Assembly (NCBI GenBank): GCA_051382305.1
Contig: JBBCAV010000131.1
Span: 1-55,642, forward strand
Direction: 5' to 3'
DNA: 55,642 nucleotides
Origin: Bdellovibrionota bacterium FG-2
Lineage (GTDB): Bacteria; Bdellovibrionota; UBA1018
A program made the translations under genes and the position numbers. Shown piece by piece: positions 1 through 9,384 of this stretch; position 1 is the stretch's first letter; every line of letters starts with the position of its first letter. Below the pieces are notes generated by a model, which saw only the letters and a program-made list of their open reading frames with translations, was not told the origin of the DNA and did not search any database.

Positions 1-2509
1 CAAACGCCAGAAACTCATGCAAGGCATTTCGGATTCAACCGATCTCACGTCTCGCGCGGCTGCATCACAAAGCCGCTTTGAGTCATCGACCACGCAACTT
101 GCCCAACTCACCGAACAAGCCGAAGTACTCGATCAGCGCCAAGAAGAAATGCGCACCGACTCCGTACGCATCGAAGAAGAAACGGCAGTGCAAACCGAGC
201 AGTGCGAAAACCTGAGAACCCAAAAAGCAGCCAATCGCGCACGCATTGATGATGCCGAACGCGCCTTGAAACAAAAAGAGCGCGAGCGCGAAGACGCGAT
301 GAAAAAACTCACCGGAATTCGCTCCCGCTTGCAAAGTTTAGAAGAGCTCGATGCTTCTCACGAAGGTTTCGGCGACGCGCCTCGCGCGGTTTTGGATTGG
401 GCAAAGGGACGTGGAAACGCGGACCAAGTGCTGGCCCTAGCCGACATCTTGGATGTCTCTCGTGATTTCGAAGCGGCCGTCGAAGGCTGGCTCGGCACTC
501 GGATCGAAAGTCTGATCTCGAGCGACTCAGGCCTAGCCTGGGAAGCCCTTCAATCCACCCAAAAAGATGCAAAGGGCGCGGTCTCGATCCGGATTGCAGC
601 ACCTGGGAAAACAACGTCTGCTGATTTCAAAAAAGTTTCTGCGACCCTGACTTCTACCGGTTGCGAAGTTGTCGGCGCTCTTGAAGACTACGTTTCGATT
701 CGTCAGGGTTTCTCAAACTCCCTGACTCAGATTGCCTCGAGAGCACTGAGCTGCGTTGCCGTCGTCAAAGCGCTGAGCCCAGAACAAGCCAAAGCCCTCA
801 CCGCTGAAGCCGGTGGCGTATCAGGCTGGTCTTTTGTAGGGATCGATGGCAGCGCCATGGAATGGATCGGCGATGGCTGGATCCTCCGCCGCGAAGTCGT
901 ATCAGGCCAAGAAGATGGCGAAGCCGCCACGATCATGCGCCGCAAGCGCGCGATAGCGGATTTCAAAGAACAGGCCACGGCTGCGGACGGGGTTTACGAA
1001 AACGCTGAAAATGCTGTTACCCAGGCGCGCGAAGAAATCGCTCAACTTGCTGAAGCTCTCCTTCAAACGGATGAGGCTTTGCAAGAAGCCAACATTCAAA
1101 AAGCGACGCTGGAGCACGACGCTCAACAAATAAAGCGTACACTCGCAGATTTGACGCGCGAAATTCAATCGGTGACCTCCAAAAAAGCGAATTGCGAAAC
1201 AATGGCGGCCGACGCTTCTCGCGAGCGTGAAGAAGCGCAGATCAAGGTCTCCGAAATCATCGCTTCTCGTAAAGATCTCGAAGCGGCCATTGCAAGCCAC
1301 GAAGAGGCGGTTTCTGAAAGCGAAGAGCGACTCAAACACCGTGACAGTGAACTTGGCGAAGTCCGCGTACGCGAAGCCTCCTTGCGCGAGCGCGTGCAAA
1401 GCCTGAGGCGCGAGCTTGAGTCCAGTCGGGCTCTCATTGCCGATCGTGAGCGCCGGATGCGCGAGATTGATCGCACTTTGGAGCGTGCGCGCAGTGAAAG
1501 TGATCAGTTCTCGGGTGGCGAAAACACGATCGAACAGAAGATCATGGATCTCACCGCTCAACTTTCGACTCAAAAGCAGGCCTTTGCTGAAATTCGGGAC
1601 CGCATCGATGTGGTTAACCGTCGCGTCAAAGAAGGCATGGAGAAAATCAAAGACCTCCATCATAATGGCGATGATCGGCAGGGCTCTGCGACCAACCTTG
1701 CGATCGAATCTGAGAAATTGTCTTCGGACCTTGGTCACTTGGTTCAGGATCTCGAACAAAAGTATCAGCCGGGCTGCGTGGATGAACCCGTCCCCACCCC
1801 GATTCAAGAAGAAATGACCGGAGCCATCGTCACTCATGAAATGACCGAAGACGACGAGAAGATCTTGTATGAAGAAGTCGAACGCCTCCGTGATCGGCTC
1901 CGTCGTTTGGGCGAAGTCAACACGTCTGCGATTGAAGAGTACGAAGAGCTTAAGAAACGTTACGATCACCTTCTCATGGAGAAGTCCGATCTCGAGAGAT
2001 CCCTCGTTAACCTTCAAGAAGCGATTGATCATATTAACCTCACCTCTGAGGAGCGTTTCCGTAAGGCGTTTGAATCGATTTCGGATCGCTTTACAAAGTT
2101 GTTCCCGATTATCTTTGGCGGAGGCCAAGCGAAAATTTCACTGGTGTACCCTGAAGGTTCGACGGACATCTTGGAAGCCGGCGTGGATATTCTTGCTCAG
2201 CCTCCTGGTAAAAAGATTGTGAACATCGGTCTTCTTTCCGGGGGAGAAAAAGCGCTCACCGCGATTTGCCTGATTTTTGCGATCTTCATGGTCAAGCCCT
2301 CTCCGTTCTGCATTTTGGACGAAGTCGATGCGCCGCTTGATGATGCCAACATCGGCAAATTCAACGCCCTCTTGCGCGAAATGTGCGTGAAGAGTCAGTT
2401 CATCGTGATTACCCATAACAAGAAAACCATGGAGCTCAACGACACGCTCTATGGGGTGACGATGGAAGAACCCGGCGTTTCCAAGATGGTGTCTATTGAG
2501 CTGCATTAG
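1..2509 (+). CDS. smc: Chromosome segregation protein SMC, hinge to C-terminal head (5' part lies outside the window)
   Basis: Long coiled coils, LGEVN motif, signature LSGGEKALTA, Walker B/D-loop FCILDEVDAPLD, ITHNK. No Walker A in the window, so the ATG at 17 is internal. Confidence 0.95.
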   Translation, partial: KRQKLMQGISDSTDLTSRAAASQSRFESSTTQLAQLTEQAEVLDQRQEEMRTDSVRIEEETAVQTEQCENLRTQKAANRARIDDAERALKQKEREREDAMKKLTGIRSRLQSLEELDASHEGFGDAPRAVLDWAKGRGNADQVLALADILDVSRDFEAAVEGWLGTRIESLISSDSGLAWEALQSTQKDAKGAVSIRIAAPGKTTSADFKKVSATLTSTGCEVVGALEDYVSIRQGFSNSLTQIASRALSCVAVVKALSPEQAKALTAEAGGVSGWSFVGIDGSAMEWIGDGWILRREVVSGQEDGEAATIMRRKRAIADFKEQATAADGVYENAENAVTQAREEIAQLAEALLQTDEALQEANIQKATLEHDAQQIKRTLADLTREIQSVTSKKANCETMAADASREREEAQIKVSEIIASRKDLEAAIASHEEAVSESEERLKHRDSELGEVRVREASLRERVQSLRRELESSRALIADRERRMREIDRTLERARSESDQFSGGENTIEQKIMDLTAQLSTQKQAFAEIRDRIDVVNRRVKEGMEKIKDLHHNGDDRQGSATNLAIESEKLSSDLGHLVQDLEQKYQPGCVDEPVPTPIQEEMTGAIVTHEMTEDDEKILYEEVERLRDRLRRLGEVNTSAIEEYEELKKRYDHLLMEKSDLERSLVNLQEAIDHINLTSEERFRKAFESISDRFTKLFPIIFGGGQAKISLVYPEGSTDILEAGVDILAQPPGKKIVNIGLLSGGEKALTAICLIFAIFMVKPSPFCILDEVDAPLDDANIGKFNALLREMCVKSQFIVITHNKKTMELNDTLYGVTMEEPGVSKMVSIELH

Positions 2510-3251
2510 AGTTTTGAGGCTCGGCGCGCTCGTTAGTTTGGCACTTGGTGGTGGGCTAGCGTGCGCGGCGCAAAAAACCGCAACGGCGCCTTCAACAAAA
2601 CCTTCTCCTGTATCGATACTGGCCGAACCTGTCGCGCGACAGGTTCCGAAGCCAAAAGAGCTTCCAAAGCTTCTTCAAGAGGTGGAGTCAAAGTACACCC
2701 AAGCCGCGACATTGATGGCGAAGTTTAGCCAAGTCAATGAGATGGCGGCACTCAAACGCACCAAGACTAGCTCGGGCGTAATTTTGTTTAAGTTGCCAGG
2801 GAAAGTCCGTTGGGAAACCTTAAAACCTGATCAGAATTTACTGGTCAGTGATGGTCGAACATTTTGGTTCTACACGCCTCCTCCCGCTTTTGATGAAACG
2901 GAGCATGGGCAACTCATCGAGACGCGGTCTCAGCAGTTTCAATCACGCCTTCTGCACGCACTTCTTTCGGGCGCGTTTTCGATGGCGGCCCAAGGGACAA
3001 TGGGCATGGGTATTCGTGAAAAGTCGGCGACAGATTTCATTTTAACCCCAAAAAAAGGCAGCGCAGGCACGGTCGCACAAGCCGGGATTCATATTGATCC
3101 TGAAAAAAAGCTGATCACCGAAGTAACCCTTAATCACGTGGGCGGCAACAGCTCAGTGATTACTTTGACAGAGATCGAACTGGGGAAACCACTCGATGAC
3201 GGGCTTTTTCTATTTACAGCGCCTCCGGGGACGGAGCGGGTGAAGCAGTAG
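2496..3251 (+). CDS. lolA: Outer-membrane lipoprotein carrier LolA
   Basis: Signal peptide; AKFSQ, SSGVILFKLPGKVRWE, LLVSDGRTFWFY and C-terminal LFLFTAPPG match the LolA pattern. Confidence 0.85.
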   Translation: MSCIRVLRLGALVSLALGGGLACAAQKTATAPSTKPSPVSILAEPVARQVPKPKELPKLLQEVESKYTQAATLMAKFSQVNEMAALKRTKTSSGVILFKLPGKVRWETLKPDQNLLVSDGRTFWFYTPPPAFDETEHGQLIETRSQQFQSRLLHALLSGAFSMAAQGTMGMGIREKSATDFILTPKKGSAGTVAQAGIHIDPEKKLITEVTLNHVGGNSSVITLTEIELGKPLDDGLFLFTAPPGTERVKQ

Positions 3252-3401
3252 GGATTTGAGACTCGGGCGGTGTGGCGCGTTTTCGGAGCTGCGCCCGGGA
3301 ACAGAAGGCACGTCGCAAGTGCGAAAGTCTCAATAAAACATCGGAATTGATGGGCAAGTTATTGCGGAACGGTTTTACTATTTTTGGCTCGGGCTTCGCA
3401 G

Positions 3402-3909
3402 CGGCGCTTGCCCATGCACGACCTCCCTACACAGACCCAGAATCTCATCAATTGTCTCTAGGCCAAAGTCAGGAGTGATAATCCGCAACTCAAGAGACCC
3501 ACTGTTGAAGTCGAATTCGATCTTATCCAAGCTGAAACCTGTTCTGGAAATGTGACTATGCATCTTATCGCCCGTGATCACCAAACTCATTCATTCATTT
3601 ACCTCGCGGAAGAAACAGAAAACTCCGGCGAATGGGAAGCCCAGGACAGCGAATTCTTTTCGCGCATCTATCTGTTTGTAAGGCATTGCCTTCAATTAGC
3701 GTTACCAGAAAGTGGAAAAACGACACTGGATAAAAAGGGCACTCTGCTAAAGTCCGTCGCAGCCAGAGAATTTGAAAAGATTATGCGCCTTTAAGCAGTT
3801 TAACTAATTCAGATACAGACTCCCGCAACAGCTTTTCGTCAATTTTATCGATTGGATTATGCAAAAAATCCTTAAAGAAAGTCACCTGTGGGTTTGTAGC
3901 AATATGCTG
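3402..3909 (+). repeat. Diverged direct repeat, copy 1 (508 bp)
   Basis: Aligns to 5950-6457 at a constant offset of 2548 at every checked landmark; 46/60 nt identical over the first 20 codons, mostly third-position changes. Confidence 0.9.
3414..3794 (+). pseudogene. Hypothetical ~126-aa protein interrupted by in-frame TAG (copy 1)
   Basis: ATG 3414 MHDLPTQTQNLINCL*AKVRSDNPQLKRP...; TAG at 3459-3461 where the paralog has TAC. The ORF-track entry 3552..3794 is its distal part. Confidence 0.7.
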
Positions 3910-4944
3910 GCAATAATTTAAGCCATAGAAAGTCGATGCCCCAAAGTGAATGCCATCCTTAACCAGAACACGCGATAATTTTTTCACTGCGCCATTTGGG
4001 AAAATATCGATGTAATAAGTAGACACCAAGACACCATAACGCGTGTCAACCTCGAAATCGGGTCGATAATAGAAGGACTCGACACTCCCATTGGAATAAA
4101 AACTAATACTACCACTTAATTCAACCATTCGTCCCATTCAGTCAATCGAACCGTTTCCAAACGCAAACGACTTGATGCCCTCTCCTTCTTCTTTTGAATA
4201 GAAGCTCATGGCTTCATCGACATTCGTATAAGTACCAAAATAGGCTGTAACCCCCATCCAGCTATATTCCGAAAACGAGGATTTCCTCAGCTCATTCACA
4301 TAAGTCTTTTGTGTCATCGTCGTGATCTGGTCTGAAGTAATGACCGAATTCAAGTACCGCACGCGAATCGAATTCGTGTGGTCGTACTTCAAAGCCTCAC
4401 GATACAGCAACTCATGCAACGCTAAACCAATCCTATTCTCATCATCCATCTTATCCCACAGATCCTTATTGATGACGTAGCGAGCGTCCCCCTGAATATC
4501 CGGCTCATGCTGGATTGCGACTTGAACCACGCGGCAGCCGTTCGGAAAAAAGAGATGTCCCGAGTCTGGGATATCCACCAAATTCACACCCGCCAAGAAC
4601 CGCGACTCCACCCCGAGAAAACTGACAATCCCAGCGCCAAGCTTTTCAGCGCGAGCCGGATCGACTCTCCTTAAGCGATCAAGTACGTACTGGACCTTCT
4701 GAGCAAAGCTGAGCCGAGAGCTTCCCATCTCGCGATTGATTCCTCGGTAAGCTCGCCCTTCGTAAAAATCTAAGAGCTCAACTGACGAAATATTCCCATG
4801 CTCATCAAAACATACGAGCCCGTCACCCCCATTGCCGACCTCCGTTCCCGCGGCCAACATCTCAATATCCTGGGCAAACAACATCGAATGAAACAATAGA
4901 ACTCCGGCAAGTGCGCCCAAACTCCATTTTGATAAATTAAGCAT
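3781..4944 (-). pseudogene. Secreted protein (GTEVGNGGD type) broken by TGA at 4138-4140 and fused in frame to the 3' end of a duplicated gene
   Basis: Signal peptide from ATG 4944 (MLNLSKWSLGALAGVLLFHSMLFA), GNGGDGLVC, LALHELLY. ORFs 4138..5007 and 3781..4137 are contiguous in one frame (SID*MG, compare SWMG upstream). The last 42 aa are homologous to the end of 6329..6745. Confidence 0.65.
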
Positions 4945-5767
4945 CTTTCTCCTCCAAAAATGGCCCCGATTGCAGCGCAAAAAGCTGCGTTGATAGGCAA
5001 TAAACATGGTCTCTCTCAGGCTTTGATTCGATCCACTGAACTAACTCGCGTCTGAACTTCTGAATTCTCTTTTTAATCTCAGGGAGCTGCTCGGGCGAGA
5101 CGGTGACATTCACGGCTGAAAAGTCGCGCGCCTCAATTGCTTGTTCATGAAGCGCTTGGGCAGCGCGCTTTAGAAGCTGTTCATGATATTTTTTGATGGC
5201 GGCGCTCGCTACTTCAGAGGGGGCTGCCACGAACTGATTGGTACAAACCCACTTACCTTTTTCCTCACGAAGAATGCCAAGCTTCGTAAGCCTGGCAATT
5301 GCCGTCTCTGCTTCACTCACGCTGATTTTGAGTTGAGCAGAAATCCATTTCAGCTCGCTGCGAAACGCTTTGGTACGCGTAAGCTCAAGAATGGCGAAGT
5401 GATCCCAATCCGCAATAAGATGAAACAACTCCAACGTAAGCATCCGATCAGGATTGCTGCGAAAACTTTCAAGCTTTGATCGCGCCGCTTCTTTATCGCC
5501 GCGGCTGCGAGCATGCTCGGATTGAACAAGGGCACAAAACACTTCGCCTTGCACCGCTGTTAATTTCAACTTCTTCGCTACACTCACGGCAAGCCTTGGC
5601 GAGAGCCCCTGTTTGCGGAGGAGGACGTCGCTCACCCTCGTAGGAGCAAGCCCCAAGTCCCTCGCGAACGCGCGCTGCGAATAGCTAGAGTTGTAGCGCC
5701 TGCGCGCTTCAAACTCGTTTTTCAATATCGCTCGGTAATCGAGCGTTGCGGGCGAATTCGTGGTCAT
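4937..5767 (-). CDS. TIGR02147 / DUF4423 family HTH protein
   Basis: YSQRAFARDLGLAPTRVSDVL HTH, WDHFAILEL, IKKYHEQLL, VYCLSTQLF. Confidence 0.9.
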   Translation of the reverse strand: MTTNSPATLDYRAILKNEFEARRRYNSSYSQRAFARDLGLAPTRVSDVLLRKQGLSPRLAVSVAKKLKLTAVQGEVFCALVQSEHARSRGDKEAARSKLESFRSNPDRMLTLELFHLIADWDHFAILELTRTKAFRSELKWISAQLKISVSEAETAIARLTKLGILREEKGKWVCTNQFVAAPSEVASAAIKKYHEQLLKRAAQALHEQAIEARDFSAVNVTVSPEQLPEIKKRIQKFRRELVQWIESKPERDHVYCLSTQLFALQSGPFLEEKDA

Positions 5768-5949
5768 GAAAACACTACTGCCAAAGCAAGCGGCGCTGTC
5801 AACAGCTCACACGACAAAGTGACATGTGAGGTGGATGTGTTCGAATTATGGCCTAAGATTTTGCAAAACACAAAGAACAATAAAATTCATAAGTTTTGAG
5901 TAAACTGCAACTTAACGCATCTCACGCCTACCAGGCCCAATCCTCTCAC

Positions 5950-6457
5950 CGGCGCCTCCCTATGCACGACCTTCCTTCACAAGCCCAAAATCTAATCGAC
6001 TGTCTTTACACCAAAGCTAGAAGTGACAATCCCTAACTCAAAAGACCGACGATTGAGGTGGAGTTCGATATTATCGTGGCTGAAAACATATCTGGTAATA
6101 TGACCTCGCATCTGATTGCTCGAGATCGCAAAACGCACTCATTTTTTTACCCTTCGGAAGAGACAGAAGACTCGGGCGAATGGAATGCCAAGGAGAGCGA
6201 GTTTTTTTCGCGCATATACCTATTCGTGAGACACTGCCTTCAGATAGCTTTATATGAAGGTGGAAAAACCAGTTCAGATAAAAAGGGGTCTTTACTGAAG
6301 TTCATCGCAGCGAGGGAATATAAACGGCTTAGGCGCGCTTCAGCAGATTAACAAGTTCAGATACAGACTCCCGCAAGAGCTTTTCGTCAATTTTCTCGAT
6401 TTGATTATTCAAGAAATCCTTAAAAAACGTCACCTGGAGTTTTGTATCAATATGCTG
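5950..6457 (+). repeat. Diverged direct repeat, copy 2 (508 bp)
   Basis: Colinear with 3402-3909. Confidence 0.9.
5962..6351 (+). pseudogene. Hypothetical ~129-aa protein interrupted by in-frame TAA (copy 2)
   Basis: ATG 5962 MHDLPSQAQNLIDCLYTKARSDNP*LKRPTIEVEFD...; TAA at 6034-6036 where copy 1 has CAA. Confidence 0.7.
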
Positions 6458-6745
6458 ATATGACATGACAAAAATCTTCCCACGATACGTCAGTTTTTGC
6501 TCTAAATCACTCATAATGACCGCAACATACTTCCAATCTCCAGGCACTTTCCTAAGCCACCGAGACATATCAATATGGATTTGGAAAAAATGTCTCTCCC
6601 CAAACGCAAATCCCCCCTCAACATCCACCACCTCCTGAACAAAAACCCCGCGCTTCGACTTGAACTCGTTCAAGGCCGTATCGAGGACCTCTTGGTCCGT
6701 CTTGAAAACCCTGCCTGAATGCATTTTCGCTTCAACGACTGACAT
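6329..6745 (-). CDS. Hypothetical protein
   Basis: Open frame; ATG 6745 lies 6 nt below a near-consensus sigma28 -10; C-terminus conserved in the partial paralog at 3781-3909. Confidence 0.7.
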   Translation of the reverse strand: MSVVEAKMHSGRVFKTDQEVLDTALNEFKSKRGVFVQEVVDVEGGFAFGERHFFQIHIDMSRWLRKVPGDWKYVAVIMSDLEQKLTYRGKIFVMSYQHIDTKLQVTFFKDFLNNQIEKIDEKLLRESVSELVNLLKRA

Positions 6746-6751
6746 GTCCAC

Positions 6752-6778
6752 CTATCGGCAATCACAGGGAAATTTTTA
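6752..6778 (-). promoter_or_regulatory. Sigma28 (FliA)-type promoter
   Basis: Minus strand TAAA-N15-GCCGATAG versus consensus TAAA-N15-GCCGATAA. Confidence 0.7.
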
Positions 6779-6805
6779 ACCCCTCATTTTTCCGATATTT
6801 TCCCC

Positions 6806-6833
6806 TCATGAACTAGGCCATTTTTGCCGAGAA
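6806..6833 (+). promoter_or_regulatory. Possible sigma28-type promoter
   Basis: TCAT-N16-GCCGAGAA upstream of ATG 6857. Confidence 0.4.
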
Positions 6834-6856
6834 GATATAGAGGACTTGTGACCTAA

Positions 6857-7741
6857 ATGAAGCATAGCGTGTTTATCAGCAGTCTGCTTGTGTGTTGGCT
6901 TTTTGGCGTTGGGGGTTGCACCACAACCGTGGTCACCCCGCTGCCTCCACCCGCCCCTTTTCTGCCCCCCTATTTGAAAGTTCCTCATCCTGCGGGTTAT
7001 GACTTGGGAGATCTTCGCGCAATCTTCCAAGAAAAAGACGCGCCCACTGCGGAATCCCTTAAAGACTGCGACGCGGACTACATGAAACTTCGCACGCTAA
7101 CGGTCAGTGAAGAAGAGCGCGAAGTCGGCGCCAGAGAACTTATAAAACAAGACCCAGTTCGCCTCCACTGGTGTTTCTTTTCAAAGCTCTTGGCCATAGA
7201 AGATACGATCGTGAGTCCAAAGTCTTTTATCGATGAGCGCCAGAAAAAGGTCTTGGAAACCTATCTTTTTCTCGTCCCAATTTCAAAAGCCTTTATGGCT
7301 GAATATAAAGACTCCCGCTATTATCGCTGGTCCATTCGATACTATCGGAGGATTAGCGAAACGGTGTTTTTCAAGCGAGTTGAAATTTCTGCTCCCGTCA
7401 CAGCCGAACTTGTTGAAGCTGCAACCCCTAATGGTTTTCCAAAAGAGGAACGGCCTTCACGCGCGGTTCTTGATCGTTACGGACTCGGCCTCAGACAACC
7501 GGCAACGCTAGAGTCTCCTGCGGTAGCGCCCTCTCCCAACCCGGCACCTAGCTCAGAAATATTGGCCGCTTTACCTTCGGGAATTCCGGGACTCGACGTT
7601 CCTCCTCCTGATTCGGCAGCACCCCTTATTACTCCTGAGCCCTCGCCAAGCGTAGCGCCTAGTCCTGGGCCAAGCCCGGAGCCAAGCATTGCAGCACCAG
7701 CGACCCCACCTACTAGCGCTCCATCAAGCCCCGCACAGTGA
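6857..7741 (+). CDS. Hypothetical lipoprotein with Pro-rich C-terminal tail
   Basis: Hydrophobic leader ending VGGC; helical core; P/S/A-rich tail. Confidence 0.8.
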   Translation: MKHSVFISSLLVCWLFGVGGCTTTVVTPLPPPAPFLPPYLKVPHPAGYDLGDLRAIFQEKDAPTAESLKDCDADYMKLRTLTVSEEEREVGARELIKQDPVRLHWCFFSKLLAIEDTIVSPKSFIDERQKKVLETYLFLVPISKAFMAEYKDSRYYRWSIRYYRRISETVFFKRVEISAPVTAELVEAATPNGFPKEERPSRAVLDRYGLGLRQPATLESPAVAPSPNPAPSSEILAALPSGIPGLDVPPPDSAAPLITPEPSPSVAPSPGPSPEPSIAAPATPPTSAPSSPAQ

Positions 7742-7762
7742 ACTGTTATCTATCAAAAATGA

Positions 7763-7791
7763 TTGCTTAAATGACAAATCTATGCTTTAAT
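7763..7791 (+). promoter_or_regulatory. Sigma70-type promoter of the TA operon, probably near-leaderless
   Basis: TTGCTT-N17-TTTAAT with extended TGn; ATG at 7800. Confidence 0.45.
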
Positions 7792-7799
7792 ATCTATAT

Positions 7800-8111
7800 A
7801 TGATTGGTTATGGAACCAGTTTTAATTCCTTTTCCGAAACGCTCCTCGCCATGAGCCAGAGAGCCAAATCACTAAGGCTAACCCAAAACTGGACCCAACA
7901 GGAGATCGCCGATCGCTCGGGCGTTGGCGTTGCCACGATCCATCGCTTCGAAAAGACGGGACAGGTTTCAATCGAAAACGCACTGCGAATTGCGACCGCA
8001 CTAGGCGTCGAAGCCACGTTTGAGCGGCTCTTTGAAACGCCAAAATACAAATCACTCGATGAGGCATTAGGGCCCTCCACCACATCGACGAGAAAGCGCG
8101 CTCGAAAATGA
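7800..8111 (+). CDS. XRE-family HTH antitoxin (HipB-like)
   Basis: WTQQEIADRSGVGVATIHRFEKTG HTH; ATGA overlap with hipA. Confidence 0.88.
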   Translation: MIGYGTSFNSFSETLLAMSQRAKSLRLTQNWTQQEIADRSGVGVATIHRFEKTGQVSIENALRIATALGVEATFERLFETPKYKSLDEALGPSTTSTRKRARK

Positions 8112-9349
8112 AAATTGAAAAAGGCCTCAAGCCCGTCACGCTCTTGAATGTGCATCTTGAACTAGAGGGAACATCAAAGCGCAAAGTGGGGATGCTCGCA
8201 AAGAAGGACCGCGAACTTCTTTTTGAATATGACCACGAGTTTCTACAAAGTGGCTTAGAGCTCTCGCCTTTTTGCCTCCCCCTCAAATCTGGCGTCACAG
8301 TCGGAGATCCCTCCGTTTTTCAAGGGCTGATGGGTGTTTTCGAGGACAGTCTACCCGATGGTTGGGGCCGTTTACTCTTAGACAGACGGATCGCACAGGC
8401 TGGGCTTTCTCCGGCAAGTTTTGGCCCGCTTGATCGCCTGGCCTTTGTCGGTTCACATGGGATGGGTGCTCTCGTCTACGAGCCTGAGATAGAGCAGATC
8501 ACACCAACCGTTGTCGACCTCAATCAGGTTGCTTTGGAGATTCAAGGCGTGCTTAATCACACGGACATAAAGGAACTTGATCGACTGCTCGCACTAGGCG
8601 GCTCACCGCAGGGCGCACGCCCCAAGGCTCTTGTACAATTAAGCTCAGACGGGAAAATAGTCCTCTATGGCGCACAAGCCATTCAACCCGGCTTCGTACC
8701 CTATCTCGTCAAGTTTAGATCCAAGGGGGACGACGAACACACTGGAACCCTCGAGTACGTTTATGCCCGAATGGCAGCCCTTGCCGGAATCGACCTTCCC
8801 GAGACGCGCCTCCTGGGACGAAAGAAGAATCGCCCTGGCTATTTTGCTATTCGGCGCTTTGATCGCGACGGCGGAAACAAATTACACAATCATACGCTTT
8901 CGGGGTTACTGCAGGCGCCCCACACTTATCCCGCTCTGAGTTACCGCGAACTTCTACTCGCAACTCGCAAGCTCACGAGAAGCGAAAAGTGCGTTTCGGA
9001 GATGTTTCGGCGCGCTTGTTTCAATGTCTTCGCCAAAAACCGAGATGATCATGCTCGGAACTTTAGTTTCCTCATGGACGCAAATGGAAACTGGCGCCCC
9101 AGCCCGGCCTACGATTTGACCTACTCTAGCGGCCCCGGAGGAGAACACATGATGCTCGTTGCAGATGAAGGACGAAATCCCACAACGCAACACCTTAAGG
9201 CACTCGCTCACGAAGTGGGCCTCAAACACCCAGGCCCAATCATTGAAGAAGTGCGAGCGGCGGTCAGCCAATTCGAAGCACTCGCGATAGAGGAAAAACT
9301 CCCAAAGAAACTGCGCGATACAGTGGGCCGGGCGCTTTTCGTACAGTAA
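8108..9349 (+). CDS. hipA: Type II TA system HipA-family kinase toxin
   Basis: DSLPDGWGR (HipA-N), GSPQGARPKA, NRDDHARNFSF, SPAYDL. Confidence 0.93.
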   Translation: MKIEKGLKPVTLLNVHLELEGTSKRKVGMLAKKDRELLFEYDHEFLQSGLELSPFCLPLKSGVTVGDPSVFQGLMGVFEDSLPDGWGRLLLDRRIAQAGLSPASFGPLDRLAFVGSHGMGALVYEPEIEQITPTVVDLNQVALEIQGVLNHTDIKELDRLLALGGSPQGARPKALVQLSSDGKIVLYGAQAIQPGFVPYLVKFRSKGDDEHTGTLEYVYARMAALAGIDLPETRLLGRKKNRPGYFAIRRFDRDGGNKLHNHTLSGLLQAPHTYPALSYRELLLATRKLTRSEKCVSEMFRRACFNVFAKNRDDHARNFSFLMDANGNWRPSPAYDLTYSSGPGGEHMMLVADEGRNPTTQHLKALAHEVGLKHPGPIIEEVRAAVSQFEALAIEEKLPKKLRDTVGRALFVQ

Positions 9350-9384
9350 AGCGTTCGAATAAAAGGCGAACGCCAAATAGCCCC

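Noticed and set aside
902-2128. 408-aa antisense ORF and other long shadow ORFs
   Set aside because: Lie opposite well-supported genes and show no recognisable motifs.
3378-3590. Minus-strand ORF in repeat copy 1
   Set aside because: Synonymous substitution pattern between copies supports the + frame; the equivalent minus frame has stops in copy 2.
4138-4140. Selenocysteine or recoded TGA
   Set aside because: Context suggests Trp rather than Cys, TGA ends many intact genes here, and neighbouring genes are also decaying.
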